Shown here: positions 21,155-32,461 of the stretch, piece by piece
Layout: each line of letters starts with the position of its first letter
How positions within the stretch are numbered: position 1 is the stretch's first letter
NCBI GenBank assembly: GCA_965197905.1
Contig: CBDAOB010000005.1
Location: 1,088,001 to 1,152,000, forward strand
From: Candidatus Latescibacterota bacterium
GTDB lineage: Bacteria; Latescibacterota; UBA2968; UBA8231
DNA: 64,000 nucleotides
Direction of reading: 5' to 3'
Program-made: the position numbers and the translations under genes
The notes under the pieces: generated by a model
What the model was told of the DNA's origin: nothing
Database searches by the model: none
Seen by the model: the letters and a program-made list of their open reading frames with translations, nothing else

Positions 21155-22084
21155 ATGAGTGACTACCGATTCAAACTGAGCATGTTCCTGTCTGAGCTCG
21201 GCTTGCCCTTTGAGGAGGCCCTTGCTACCGCCAAGGACATCGGCGCCGAGTACGTGTGGTTTGGCGGTGGGGGTGAGGAAACCCCGATCGCCGAGATGAG
21301 CGATGCCGAGGTGGATCACATGGCTGCCCTCGTCGCCCAGCACGGCCTCCAGCTCCATCTCGTGCGGGCAGGCAGTCCTTTTAAGCAACTCCACCTCACC
21401 GATCTCGATCTGGAGGCCATGGGAGACCAGCCCCTCTTCCGCCAGGACTTCGACCACCTCACCCGCTCGATGCAGATCGCCGCCCGGCTGGGGGTGGGCA
21501 CGGTCCTTGCCTTCACGTTCGCTTGGCCGGGTGAGTACTCCGCGGGCAAACCTACCTGGCCGATGCGCTGGATCACGCGCGGTGGTGTGATTGCCGAGGT
21601 GGACATGGAGAAGTTGGTCAAAGCGTTTTCCCTGGTGCTGGAGCAGGCCGAGCGCTACGACGTGGACGTGGCCCTCTTCCTGGAGCCATGGCAGTACACG
21701 AATACGACTGGCAACTTCCGCCGCTTGGCCGAGCGATTGGGATCGCCGCGGATTAAGGCGCTGTGGGGGCCAGCGGACAACTTCAACTGTGGCGAGGCGG
21801 ATGTAGCGACGGCTGGCTTCGCCAATGTACAGTCCTATCTGCACGGGTTGCATCTAAAGGACCTGCACGTCATTGACGGCCAGCAGTTGGACTTCGAATA
21901 CTGTGCCCTCGGGCTCGGAGATGTAGACTATGTGACCATCCTGCGCCAACTCCGCGAGCACCGCTCCGAGGCAATCTTGGCAGTGGCGACGCATTTCCAG
22001 CCGGCCAACGGATCGCAGGTCGATGCGATGCGCACGAACTTCGCCCAACTCAAGCAGCTCATCAAAGCGGCAGGCTTTCCTTAG
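21155..22084 (+). CDS. Sugar phosphate isomerase/epimerase (xylose isomerase-like TIM barrel)
   Basis: HGLHLKD and GLGDVDY motifs; typical size. Confidence 0.8.
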   Translation: MSDYRFKLSMFLSELGLPFEEALATAKDIGAEYVWFGGGGEETPIAEMSDAEVDHMAALVAQHGLQLHLVRAGSPFKQLHLTDLDLEAMGDQPLFRQDFDHLTRSMQIAARLGVGTVLAFTFAWPGEYSAGKPTWPMRWITRGGVIAEVDMEKLVKAFSLVLEQAERYDVDVALFLEPWQYTNTTGNFRRLAERLGSPRIKALWGPADNFNCGEADVATAGFANVQSYLHGLHLKDLHVIDGQQLDFEYCALGLGDVDYVTILRQLREHRSEAILAVATHFQPANGSQVDAMRTNFAQLKQLIKAAGFP

Positions 22085-22154
22085 TTTGCAAAGAGCACCG
22101 CCAACGACTTTGCCATTCCGCTGTTTCTCATACAGATGCTGGGGAGACCACCTG

Positions 22155-23573
22155 TCAACACACTATCTCTAGCGGGATTCCCAAACCAATAGAAACCCGG
22201 CCGAGAGCTTCGACGTGTTCACCGAGGCCAAGAGCGCCGTGATGTGTAGGGCCGTACGAGCTCCACCGCTCAACAAAATCTCGAAGTCCGCAAGAGAATC
22301 GCACCCGACAATTGGTATCTCCCAACGAGAGTGTTGGTCCATCCTCGACAACTCCTTCAGCGGCGATCATTCGATAATCTCCACGCGCATCTTGGGTGAC
22401 AGATACAAGTGTTACAGGCCCCGTTTCCGGGTAGAACTGGGTCAGAAAACCTTTGCCACTCTTGCCATGAAAGACCTCCGACGCAGAAAGCGATGGCTTT
22501 TTTGAAGATATTGCCGGATCGCCTGCACCACTGTGCCCTATGAAACAGATGTCGTCCTCAAAATCCATCGAGTAGAGTTCGGCAAGCGTCGTGCTTCCGG
22601 CAATACTCTTGAGGATAAGCATGGCGATGCCGGCCTTGATGTCACCCTCAACCGGGCAAGCAATGCCATCGGCCATGAGTAGCGAAAGCACCGGATTGAG
22701 AGCAGCGAGGAGCTCAGCGCGCTCGCCACTGGACTCTCCCTCATAATGACTTGCAATCCCGCAGAGGTTGTAACGGCTGACAAACCTCGAGAAGGCACCA
22801 TAAAAGGTGGCTATAGAGTTGACTTCTTCTCTGTCTAATGAAGTGGGAAAGTCAAAAAGCGATTCAATGCGAGCGATCCCGAGTTCCTTGTCTGCATCCG
22901 TAACGTTTGCCAACTCGGCGATGATGTCGTCCCAATCGAGATGGTGGATGAAAGTGCCGAATTTATTTAGTAGGTGTGTCTCATCTACATTGAGGTCAAG
23001 CATCCCGGCAAAGGGGCGGCCGAGTAACGCGATGGACTGAGACACAAGCCGCCTGTGAAGCGTCGCAATGGAACACCATTGTCGTAGACGCTGATCGAGA
23101 ATTGCGTCGTTATCCAGGTGTCCAGTGATGGTTGAAAAACGTTTTCCAGACCTGAGCAAGACCGCCGTCATTTCCGGTAGACCCGCGCAGGTAACGCCAA
23201 CACCGAGCCAGTCAGCGATGGTGTTGACCTGGGTCAAATCCAGGGCCTTGACGGGTTGCACATTCAGAAGGACGATTGGAACATCAAGGGAAGCTACAGC
23301 CGGAAGGAGGGTCTCGGAGTTTGCGTAGGTAGCGAGATGGCAGAAAACGATGTCTACTTGAGACTTTGAAAACAGATCCTCGGCATTGCGTGCAGTCGCC
23401 ACGGAGTCTACGAGCCCGGCAGGGACAATCTCTCCTTGCCCCTTGAGTAGCTGGGCCAGGCGCCCGTGCGTATTTAAGATCCCTTCTTTCATTCCAGGGA
23501 ATTGTTCCCAGTAGTTACCTAGTCCAATGACCATGAGACCGATTCGGGCTACGTGTTGTTGTATCTCTGCCAC
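22155..23573 (-). CDS. L-arabinose/L-fucose isomerase family protein
   Basis: YWEQFPG, ACPVEGD, ELYSMDF, GHSG and GPTHH motifs; AGGAG RBS. Confidence 0.85.
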   Translation of the reverse strand: MAEIQQHVARIGLMVIGLGNYWEQFPGMKEGILNTHGRLAQLLKGQGEIVPAGLVDSVATARNAEDLFSKSQVDIVFCHLATYANSETLLPAVASLDVPIVLLNVQPVKALDLTQVNTIADWLGVGVTCAGLPEMTAVLLRSGKRFSTITGHLDNDAILDQRLRQWCSIATLHRRLVSQSIALLGRPFAGMLDLNVDETHLLNKFGTFIHHLDWDDIIAELANVTDADKELGIARIESLFDFPTSLDREEVNSIATFYGAFSRFVSRYNLCGIASHYEGESSGERAELLAALNPVLSLLMADGIACPVEGDIKAGIAMLILKSIAGSTTLAELYSMDFEDDICFIGHSGAGDPAISSKKPSLSASEVFHGKSGKGFLTQFYPETGPVTLVSVTQDARGDYRMIAAEGVVEDGPTLSLGDTNCRVRFSCGLRDFVERWSSYGPTHHGALGLGEHVEALGRVSIGLGIPLEIVC

Positions 23574-23597
23574 ATCCTTCTCCTACGTTACAGTTTT

Positions 23598-23611
23598 TTG
23601 ATTATAATCAA
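23598..23611. promoter_or_regulatory. Perfect FNR/CRP-family-type palindrome TTGAT-TATA-ATCAA
   Basis: 14-bp perfect palindrome in the AT-rich divergent intergenic region; contains TATAAT on both strands. Confidence 0.6.
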
Positions 23612-23730
23612 TCTCAATTTCGATTACGGAACGTAAAGAAAAGATGTGCGTCCCTAAAGACCCGAAACGGGAATTTGTCCGCACCAGTGGGCGGAACTCC
23701 TGCGTTTATCATACTTGAAGGAGATCAGCA

Positions 23731-25302
23731 ATGCCGAGCACCTACGAAACCGCGCGCATAGTTCGGGCCACGCCCAAGCGCCTGTTCGAAGCGTGGCTGG
23801 AGAGCCAGGAACACTGCGACATGACGGGTGCTGCCTGCGTTATCGGTCCGGGGGAAGGGGAACCGTTCAGCATCGCCGATGGGCAGATCACAGGGCGGAC
23901 TCTCGAAGCGGAACCGTACCACCGCATCGCGCAGGTCTGGAGCACCGAGGAACCGGGCGGTAGAGTGTTCGAATCACGAGTCGAGATCACCTTCAGCACG
24001 GGGCCGTCGTGGGGAGGGTTGCCGGGATCTGCCGCAGATGGGGCGACTATCGGGATTCGCCATTCAGGTTTGCCCCCGGAACAGCGGATTTTCTCACCCC
24101 AGTGGTGGGAGGACAGCTACTTCCAGCCAATGGATGCCTATTTCGCCCGGGGAAGCACCAGGTTCATGCGCCCTTCACCCGCCCCCACAACAACTGCGAT
24201 CACCCGCTTCAGCGAGCACCTGATTCACGGAGGTTTCGCCTACGCCGTCTCGGCCGCCGACATCACCGGCAACGGAGCTAAAGATCTGCTGGCAGTGGAC
24301 ACCAACGTCGGCCTCTACCTGTTCGAGAATGATGGCCAGGGCAACTTCTCGCGACACGTGATCCGCCGGCGGGTCGGAGAGTGGCTCGAAAGACATGCCA
24401 TCGCTGACATCAACGGCGATGGCAAGCCGGAGGTCGTATCGGTGGACAATACCAACGGTTGTCTGCTCTACTTCGAGTGCGGCGGAAACCCCAGGGACAG
24501 TGCCTCATGGAAGCACCACTACATCACAGAGGGCGGGCTCCCCGGTGCCTACGACCTGACGGTCGCGGACCTGGACGGGGATGGGGACCTGGACGTGGCC
24601 GCGTCGAGCTGGAGAATCGGCAACCACTTTGCTTGGTTCGAAAACCGCCAGGGCTCGTGGGTAAAACACATGATCGAGGATAGTATCGGCGAAACTCGAG
24701 CTATCCACGCGGTCGACTTCGACAGCGACGGACACCTTGACCTGCTCGGTACAGCTTACACAGGCAAACAGGTCGTATGGTACAGGAATCCGGGCGACCC
24801 GTCCCGCCAGCCCTGGGAGAAGTACGTCATCGACTACGCCTCCGGACCGATGCACGGCCAGCCCGTCGACATGGACGGCGACGGTGATTTCGACGTGGTG
24901 ATGGCCCTGCGGGGTTCGGACGACCCCGCCGCCGTCGGCCTCAATCAGATCGTCTGGTACGAAAACGACGGTTCGCCGGAATCAATCCCCTGGAACAAGC
25001 ACGTTATTGCCGACGGCTTTCCATCGGCTTTCGAGGCCGTTGCAGGCGACATCGACGGAGACGGACAAATCGAAGTGGTGGCTACGGCGTGGGGCATAGA
25101 CGGGCGGCTCGTTCTTTTCAAACATCGCGGCGACCCGAGAGGTCCGTGGGACATGCAGATTCTCAAGGAGGGTTGGCCTAACGTCACCCAGGCGATTCTG
25201 GTCGACCTGACGGGCGACGGGCGACTCGATATCGTTGCCAGCGCCGAGCGCGGCGCCAACGAGCTGCGCTGGTGGAAAAACGAAGGTCCAGATTCGCGTT
25301 GA
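23731..25302 (+). CDS. SRPBCC/AHSA1 domain fused to an FG-GAP/VCBS repeat propeller
   Basis: N-terminal ATPKRLFEAWL...SRVEITF...WEDSYFQPM, then about seven repeats such as ADINGDGKPEV, ADLDGDGDLDV, VDFDSDGHLDL. AAGGAG RBS. Confidence 0.82.
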   Translation: MPSTYETARIVRATPKRLFEAWLESQEHCDMTGAACVIGPGEGEPFSIADGQITGRTLEAEPYHRIAQVWSTEEPGGRVFESRVEITFSTGPSWGGLPGSAADGATIGIRHSGLPPEQRIFSPQWWEDSYFQPMDAYFARGSTRFMRPSPAPTTTAITRFSEHLIHGGFAYAVSAADITGNGAKDLLAVDTNVGLYLFENDGQGNFSRHVIRRRVGEWLERHAIADINGDGKPEVVSVDNTNGCLLYFECGGNPRDSASWKHHYITEGGLPGAYDLTVADLDGDGDLDVAASSWRIGNHFAWFENRQGSWVKHMIEDSIGETRAIHAVDFDSDGHLDLLGTAYTGKQVVWYRNPGDPSRQPWEKYVIDYASGPMHGQPVDMDGDGDFDVVMALRGSDDPAAVGLNQIVWYENDGSPESIPWNKHVIADGFPSAFEAVAGDIDGDGQIEVVATAWGIDGRLVLFKHRGDPRGPWDMQILKEGWPNVTQAILVDLTGDGRLDIVASAERGANELRWWKNEGPDSR

Positions 25303-25419
25303 AGGATTGCATCCGCCGCGCACGAAATCGAACCGAACATCGCGGTTCACCATCGCTGTCTCTGGTCGGCCTCCTCCATGCCCATCAAACACGAGAAGCT
25401 GGTCGATGCGAAGCAGTAG

Positions 25420-28400
25420 TCAGCTGTTGTTGTAGCGCGCCGTGACTTCCTCCGCGGTCAATGCTCGGCCATAGACGGTGAAGTCATCGATCGTAGAATC
25501 GCAGTACCAGTTGCCGAATCTCCAGCCAAGATTGATCCGGCTCTGCTCTCCGGCCGGAAGAGCGACCACCTGGTCGCCGAACCGGCTCCCTTCGTCGTCA
25601 CGGATCTGCTCAAACCCGTCCAAATAGAGCCGTACGCGCGTCGTGCTCCAGGTGACGACCACGTGATGCCACTGTCCGGCTTCCCAAGCGGTGATATCTC
25701 CTTCCGCCGTTCCGTGGAGATGGCCGACATCGTCCTTCAAACGAACTCGGAGGTCTCCGAAGAGCGTGCACAGCGCCAGTGAACTGACGAGAGGTGTCTG
25801 GCCTTCGACGTGAAACACGGATCGCTGTCCGGGCGTGGCAGGGTCCGGCTTGAAATTGGGCTGTACCCAGAGCTCGATGGCACCAGAGCCGCGGAGCATT
25901 TCGGGTGGAGCCGGTAGCTGCGCGTAACCGTTCTTTCCGACCGCAACGGCACGGCTACCAGCCTTGCGACCGGCGACGAACTCGATACGGCCAACGCGCT
26001 GCCCCAGCGTGGTGCCTCGGGGTGTGGTGCACTGCAAGTCGCCTTCAAAGCCGGCCTGCAGCAGGATTTCGGCTCGAGACCCCGGTGGGACCACGACCCT
26101 TTGTTTGAGGGGTTGGGGCGACGGGGGAAGCTCGCCGGGCCTAATCCCCTCCCGATGGAAGTAGGCCGCCGTGTGTGGCGAGTTGCGCGTGTTCATAGAA
26201 AACGATTTGCCGTCCCGTCTCTGGCGCCATTTCCCTCACCTGCGCCCAGAACGCCCTGGTGGCGACGGACAGATAGCGCTGGTCGCCGGTCATCTCATAG
26301 CCGAAGCGGAATGCGTCGTCCCGAGAAGATTCAAATGGGTGAGGCCGGCAAGACGGTTCCGGCGATTGAGCGCATTGAACTCGTAGACAAACCCGTCGAG
26401 CTCGGGATTCCACATGTGGTCGATCAGCCAGTCGAGACCGATGGTGATCACCTCGCGAAGTTCCTCGTCACGGGTGATGGCGTAGTAGGCGCCCAGGCCG
26501 TCGTGAAGCTGGCCGGTCATAAACAGTTTGCATCCGTCCATCATCCACGACCGCCACCACTTGCCTTCGCCGTGAGCGGCCAGCGGGTCGCGGGCGTAGA
26601 TCTTGATGTAGTCTACGATCTCCGTAGCGGCTGCGAGGTATTTCGCGTCGCCGGTGACCACATAGGCGCGACACAACACCATCAGTGGCCAGCCGAGCTG
26701 CCGTTCCGCTCCAGCGAAAATATTCCGAATCCGGCCGTGACTGTCGCCTTCGGCGATTGCGGAGACGCGATCTGCTATCAAGCGCACCGCCTCAAGGCTG
26801 CGTTCGTCGCCGGTGAGGTAGTAGGAGTCGGCAGCGCCGTCGACAAAGACATGACCCCATTCGAGGCCGGTGGTAACCGCTTCGTGGGTCTCGGCGCGGG
26901 CGCCGTACCCATGGAAGCGTTGCTCGCCATTTTCGTGGTTCAAGTCTATGTCGATGAAGTGCTGGTTGCAGGCGATGGCAAAATCGAGATAGTCACGCCT
27001 GCCGCTGCGCGCGTAGAGGAGAAAACAGCCGTGGGCCGTGTCGTACTCCAGATCGCCCCGGGTCAACTCGTTACCGTACCCTCCATGGTAATAGTCGCCG
27101 TAGTGCAGCATGCCGTTTTCTCGCGGCATGCTCTCGCGCTGGTCGCGCAGGCTCTCGAACGCTCGGCGTATTTTGCGGTCGTAGTCGACCGTCTCCGGCT
27201 CACCGGCCGGGGACAGGGGTCCGAAGGCATCGGTTCTGCAGAAATAACCCGGTTCGACCGTCGCGATCAGGGGTTGTTGAAAGGTGGCGACGCGGTTTGG
27301 AAGGTCGTCGTCATCAGGTCCGCCGAAGGTATACAGAACGTGGTGCGTTTTCGCCCGCGTGCGGCCAAGCTTGAGCCGCTCGTCTTCGTGGCTGCTCCAC
27401 AGGGCCAACTTCACCTGACCGGCGGCCAGCTCGATCGCCTTGGGCGCCAGCTGCCAGAAATCGCGAACCGCCGTTCCAAGGGTACCCCGGTCACTTGCAA
27501 GAATCGCCCAACCGTTCAGCTTTTGCACCGCTTGGACCGGGGCGTCACCCGGGCCGGATTTGCAGACCATATTTGCGTTCGCCGCCAACAAGGCGGTCCT
27601 GCCCTTGGTGACTGACCCCTCGACAAAACCCGAATCTCTCGGAAGCGTGAACCGCTGCTGCTCCCCGAGTTCGGGGTTGAGCTCAACGGCGATCTCTTTG
27701 ACTTCGTGCAATTCCGGCTGCCCCAGGCAGATGAAGGTTAGCTCCGCCTTCATGTACGATTGGCCGGCGTAGAAGCGCAGCCGCGTGTCGAGCTTGTAGG
27801 CGCGGTTGCCCGCGGCGTCCTGCAGCCAACCGACCAGGTGGACGGTGGCTCTGACTGGGCCGGTTTCCTCGATGGTTATCGTTTCGGGCTTGGAAGCGGA
27901 CGAGTTGTGTACGGTGCCGTCCGCCAGCACGAACCGCATTGTGGAACCGTCGAGAAGCAGTTGCCGTGAATCATCGTCCTTTTGAATCCAGACCGATCCG
28001 AGCAACGCCAGGTCGTTCTTGGGTATCGTCAGTCGGACGGGACCGGTGTCGACAATTATTTCATTCGGTTGTTCGTCGATCTTCAGTGGTGTTCTTGGTG
28101 GTGGGGAATCGCCGGGAACGAAATGGTATGTGCGATCGGTGTTTGCGGGACAATCCGCGAGAAACTGAACCAGCAGCCACTTCACCGTTCCGTCGGGCCA
28201 GGTACCCAGAACCTTGGTCTGCGTCGGTATCGGTTCGCCACCGGGGATTCGAACGTGCATCGATTGGCCAACCGATAAAGTTCCTTGGACAAACGGCACG
28301 CCGGAGCAGACTGCTTCCCGGACGCGAGCGATTCCGGTGGCGTCGGTGACGGTGAGCTCACGGGATCCGGCGGCTGAGCTTCGACGTAGCTAACGGCCAC

Positions 28401-28445
28401 GAGCCCCCCTGCGAGACAGGTGGACAGCAGTTTCTGAAATGGCAT
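25420..28445 (-). CDS. Secreted exo-rhamnogalacturonan lyase (PcRGLX/YetA)-like protein with C-terminal LamG domain; frameshifts at ~28360, ~26320 and ~26215
   Basis: Signal peptide; SGVPF...WPDGTVKWLL; EETGPVRATV; GMLHYGD; LEYD. LamG motifs GAIELWV, WHHVVVTW, LYLDG, IDDFTVYGRAL. Confidence 0.72.
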
Positions 28446-28522
28446 GAATCAGCTCTCTCTGCGAATGGAACGATGCGCGAATGTAGATCGTCCGATTCCG
28501 AGCGTCCATCCCGTTCCTCTCC

Positions 28523-28552
28523 CTTGCTGCGACTAACGATAATGGCGTTATT
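28523..28552 (+). promoter_or_regulatory. Conserved ~30-bp intergenic motif, copy 1
   Basis: CTTGCTGCGACTAACGATAATGGCGTTATT, closely matching 33397-33427. Confidence 0.45.
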
Positions 28553-28681
28553 AGGCCTTGTCGGGAAAGGGAATTTACGAATGGACGCAGGTGTCGGTTG
28601 GCAGGTTAAAATCCGAAATAGCCAAAGCGTAGGTGGAGATAGATAAATGGTCGGAGAGATCGTGAATTGGTTGAATAGCAG

Positions 28682-29890
28682 ATGAAAATCGCAGAGATCA
28701 ACACCTTTGTGGTGGCGAACCCGCCCCCTCACCGCGGTGGCCCGTACTTCGTCTTTGTCAAACTGACCACGGACAACAAGATCGACGGGGTCGGCGAAGT
28801 CTACGGTACTCCCTTTCACCCGGCCAAGGTGACGCAGCTGATCGAGGACATAGGCGAGCGGTATGTCATGGGGTGGGATCCATTCAAAACCGAAACCTTG
28901 TGGAGGCTGGTTTATTCCAGCGGCTATACTCAGAATCCCGACCTTACCTTGATGGGCGTGTTGAGCGGCATCGAGTTGGCGTGTTGGGACATCGTCGGAA
29001 AAGCGTTGGAGCAGCCCGTTTACAATCTGCTCGGCGGCCAGGTACATGAAAAGCTGCGCTCCTACACCTATCTCTATCCAGCATTCGACGAGGTCGACGA
29101 AACGGAAGGGGCCCTGGCGATCGCGGACGTGTTCGGCGATCCGGACCTGGCGCCCAAACGGGCGGCGCACTACGTGGAGCAGGGGTTCACGGCGATCAAA
29201 TATGATCCGGTGATGCCCATGTCCGCATTCGATCCGCGCCAGCTTTCTCTAGCAGCACTGGACAATGCCGAGCTGGTCACCAAAAACCTGCGCGAGGCGG
29301 TGGGTAGCAGGTGCGACCTGCTCGTCGGTACCCACGGCCAGATGACCACCTCAAGTGCCATTCGCTTGGCCAAACGGCTTGAACCCTACGATCCACTCTG
29401 GCTAGAGGAACCAGTGCCGCCGGGGAATTTGGAGGAGATGGCGCGAGTTGCGCGCTCGACCAGTATTCCGGTAGCCACCGGAGAACGTCTAGCCACTAAA
29501 TACGAATTTGCCGGCCTGCTGGAGAAACAGGGGGCCTCCATAATTCAACCGGCGCTGGGACGGGTGGGAGGCATCCTGGAAGCCAAGAAAATCGCTGGTA
29601 TGGCGGAAGCGCATTTCGCAGAGCTCGCCCCTCATCTGTATTGCGGCCCGGTGGAGGCGGCAGCGAATATTCAGGTGGCCACCTGCAGTCCGAATTTCCT
29701 GATTCAGGAGAGCATCGAAACCCTCGGCGGCTTCCACGCGGAGATCCTCAAGGAGCCGATTCATTGGGAGGACGGCTTCATCATCCCGCCCAACAAGCCG
29801 GGTCTCGGCGTCGAGTTGGATGAGGAGGTGGCGGCAAGACATCCATACGAAGGGCCCGTATTTCCCGACATGGTAGACCACCCGATCTGA
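28682..29890 (+). CDS. Mandelate racemase/muconate lactonizing enzyme family (DgoD-like acid-sugar dehydratase)
   Basis: GIELACWDIVGKA, KYD, WLEEP, VATGERL, APH and PGLGVELD motifs. Confidence 0.92.
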   Translation: MKIAEINTFVVANPPPHRGGPYFVFVKLTTDNKIDGVGEVYGTPFHPAKVTQLIEDIGERYVMGWDPFKTETLWRLVYSSGYTQNPDLTLMGVLSGIELACWDIVGKALEQPVYNLLGGQVHEKLRSYTYLYPAFDEVDETEGALAIADVFGDPDLAPKRAAHYVEQGFTAIKYDPVMPMSAFDPRQLSLAALDNAELVTKNLREAVGSRCDLLVGTHGQMTTSSAIRLAKRLEPYDPLWLEEPVPPGNLEEMARVARSTSIPVATGERLATKYEFAGLLEKQGASIIQPALGRVGGILEAKKIAGMAEAHFAELAPHLYCGPVEAAANIQVATCSPNFLIQESIETLGGFHAEILKEPIHWEDGFIIPPNKPGLGVELDEEVAARHPYEGPVFPDMVDHPI

Positions 29891-29911
29891 GGCCCCCTAC
29901 TCGAGGGTTCC

Positions 29912-30919
29912 ATGGTTTCGATTGTACAGCTTTCCCACCCCTCTCGCGGCCGTTGTGCCGCACGCGTCAAGGCCGACGCGCTCGAATTGCTCCAAACATC
30001 GAGTACGCTCGGATTGGTCGAAGCTGCCCTCAAATCCGGTGGACCGTTGACGGAGGTCGTTTCATCGTGCGTGTCCACCCAGAGCATCGACTACGGGATG
30101 GTTTACGCAGGGTCGAGCGATTGGAGATTGCTCCCGCCCTTCGATCATCCCGATGAACCCAATCGCTGCATTGTCAGTGGCACGGGCTTGACACACAAAG
30201 CGAGTGCGGCGAACCGACAGGCCATGCACGAGGCACAGAGCGGGGACGAGGAGTCTCTTACCGACAGCATGCGCATGTTCCAGTGGGGCTTGGAGGGCGG
30301 ACAACCCGCTGCCGGGAAGATTGGAACGCAACCGGAATGGTTTTACAAAGGACTGGGAACGATCATCCGTGCGCACGGTGAGGAACTCGTGGTCCCATCC
30401 TTCGCGGACGACGGCGGTGAAGAACCCGAAATTGCGGGATGTTATGTGATCGACGCCGACGGCTCACCTCGTCGCGTCGGATTCCTGCAGGGCAACGAGT
30501 TCGCCGATCACGTCATGGAGAAGAAGAATTATCTGTATCTCGCACCCTCGAAGCTCAGGGACTGCGCGATTGGCCCCGAGCTCATTCTCGACGCGGAGTT
30601 CGAGGCGATCTCGGGAACGGTTTCGATCGAGCGTAGCGGCAAAACGATCTGGTCGCAAAACATCGCAAGCGGAGACGCAAATACCTGTCATAGCCTCGCT
30701 AACATGGAGCACCATCACTTCAAGTATGCGAGCCATCGCCGGCCGGGAGATCTTCATATCCACTTCTATGGAGCGGACGCTTTCAGCTTCGGCGCAGGTG
30801 TTTCGCTCGAGGACGGAGACATCATGGCCGTCGCGTGGGAGGGGTTTGGCAGGCCCTTGCGTAATCCGCTTCGTTGTCTGTCAAAAACAGATATGCCCAT
30901 CCGAGTTTATCACGTATGA
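29912..30919 (+). CDS. AraD1/GguC family protein (FAH fold)
   Basis: SGTGLTH, QPEWFYKG, DGGEEPE, GNEFADH, NYLYLAPSKLR and EHHHFKY motifs. Confidence 0.85.
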   Translation: MVSIVQLSHPSRGRCAARVKADALELLQTSSTLGLVEAALKSGGPLTEVVSSCVSTQSIDYGMVYAGSSDWRLLPPFDHPDEPNRCIVSGTGLTHKASAANRQAMHEAQSGDEESLTDSMRMFQWGLEGGQPAAGKIGTQPEWFYKGLGTIIRAHGEELVVPSFADDGGEEPEIAGCYVIDADGSPRRVGFLQGNEFADHVMEKKNYLYLAPSKLRDCAIGPELILDAEFEAISGTVSIERSGKTIWSQNIASGDANTCHSLANMEHHHFKYASHRRPGDLHIHFYGADAFSFGAGVSLEDGDIMAVAWEGFGRPLRNPLRCLSKTDMPIRVYHV

Positions 30920-31076
30920 GCGGGACGATTGCTGGAGCAATCCGGCGACAGGGACGATCTCTGTGGCGTATGAAATCGACCCGAGCAGAGCAGTTCCGCC
31001 GAGCTGACGCCGGGCAGCGACGAGTCACAGTGGCATTGCCTACACACGAGATTCTACGATATCGAAGAAGGAAACC

Positions 31077-32384
31077 ATGGCAAAGAACTACGACGCCGTC
31101 CTGATCGGTGCAGGTATCATCGGCAGCTGCACAGCCCTAGAAATGGCCCGTAAAGGGTACAGAACCCTCAACATCGACAAGCTGTCGGTGGCTGGCTCCG
31201 GCTCGACATCTAACACCTGCGCCATTATCCGTCTGCACTATTCGACTCCCCAGGGAGTGGCCATGGCTCGCGAAGGATATTTTTACTGGATCGACTGGCC
31301 GCGGTATCTGGGTGTAGCTGACGAAACCGGTATGGCCAAGTATGTCAACACCGGTTGCCTGGTGATGAAGACCGACAAGAACAAGCACCTCGTGAACGTC
31401 ATGGCCTGCCTCGACGAGTTGTCAGTGGTCTACCAGGAACTGGACGAGGAGGGGATCAGAGAAAAGCTCTCTTACATCGATACTCGCGGTTACGGCCCAC
31501 CGGTCTTGTCCAGTGACAAGCGCTTCGGCAAGCCGACTCGAGAGAGCGTCGCCGGCGCTGTCTATATCCCGGAGTCGGGCTTCATTAATGACCCGCAGCT
31601 GTCGGTCCACAACGTCCAGCGGGCGTGTGAAGTGCGAGGCGGTGAGTACCTTTTCAACACCGAGGTGGTGGAGATCCTAAAACGGGATGGGCGCGCTGTG
31701 GGTGTGAGACTCGCCGACGGCAGCCAGATACACGCGCCGGTGGTGATCAACGTCTCCGGTCCTCACTCGTCCAAGATAAACCGCATGGCGGGGGTCGAGG
31801 AGGAGATGAACATGACCACCCGCGCCCTCAAGCAGGAGGTCTGCCACGTCCGTGCCCCCGAGAATATCGAGTACGATTTTCTCGGCACCCTAATCTCCGA
31901 TGGCGACATCGGCTGTTACTCCAGACCCGAAGCCGGCAACCACGTGCTCATCGGCTCCGAGGATCCGGAGTGCGACGAGCTGGAATGGGTCGAGGATCCG
32001 GACAATTACGACAGGAACTTCACCGATCAATGGCAGACCCAGGTGATGCGCGAGGCACAAAGGGTCGAGGGACTCCAGCTCCCGAGCGAGCGCAAGGGTC
32101 TTGTCGATCTCTACGATTGTACGCCCGACTGGATCCCGATCTACGACAAGTCGAGCCTACCCGGCTTCTATATGGCCGTTGGTACATCGGGCAATCAATT
32201 CAAGAACGCGCCGGTGGTCGGGTTGCTGATGTCCGAGCTGATCGACAAGGTCGAGGCGGGGCAGGATCACGACCGGGACCCGGTTACCTTTGAAATGAAG
32301 TACATCGGTCGCACCTGCGATATCGGCTTCTTCAGGCGATCGCGCGAAAACAACCCCGACTCCTCGTTCTCCGTCATCGGCTGA
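31077..32384 (+). CDS. FAD-dependent oxidoreductase, DAO / sarcosine oxidase beta-like
   Basis: IGAGIIG, YDCTPDWIPIYD and GTSGNQFKNAP motifs. Confidence 0.88.
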   Translation: MAKNYDAVLIGAGIIGSCTALEMARKGYRTLNIDKLSVAGSGSTSNTCAIIRLHYSTPQGVAMAREGYFYWIDWPRYLGVADETGMAKYVNTGCLVMKTDKNKHLVNVMACLDELSVVYQELDEEGIREKLSYIDTRGYGPPVLSSDKRFGKPTRESVAGAVYIPESGFINDPQLSVHNVQRACEVRGGEYLFNTEVVEILKRDGRAVGVRLADGSQIHAPVVINVSGPHSSKINRMAGVEEEMNMTTRALKQEVCHVRAPENIEYDFLGTLISDGDIGCYSRPEAGNHVLIGSEDPECDELEWVEDPDNYDRNFTDQWQTQVMREAQRVEGLQLPSERKGLVDLYDCTPDWIPIYDKSSLPGFYMAVGTSGNQFKNAPVVGLLMSELIDKVEAGQDHDRDPVTFEMKYIGRTCDIGFFRRSRENNPDSSFSVIG

Positions 32385-32461
32385 GCCCGGCGCCGCGACT
32401 TCTGAATTCCGATATGAACAGACATTCCCGGACTGTGCGCGACTGGATGATTGGTTGAACA

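Noticed and set aside
26101..27615. 504-aa plus-strand ORF, and similar long ORFs at 8586-9899, 45774-46937 and 51338-52768
   Set aside because: Antisense shadows of well-supported genes, expected with GC-rich codon usage.
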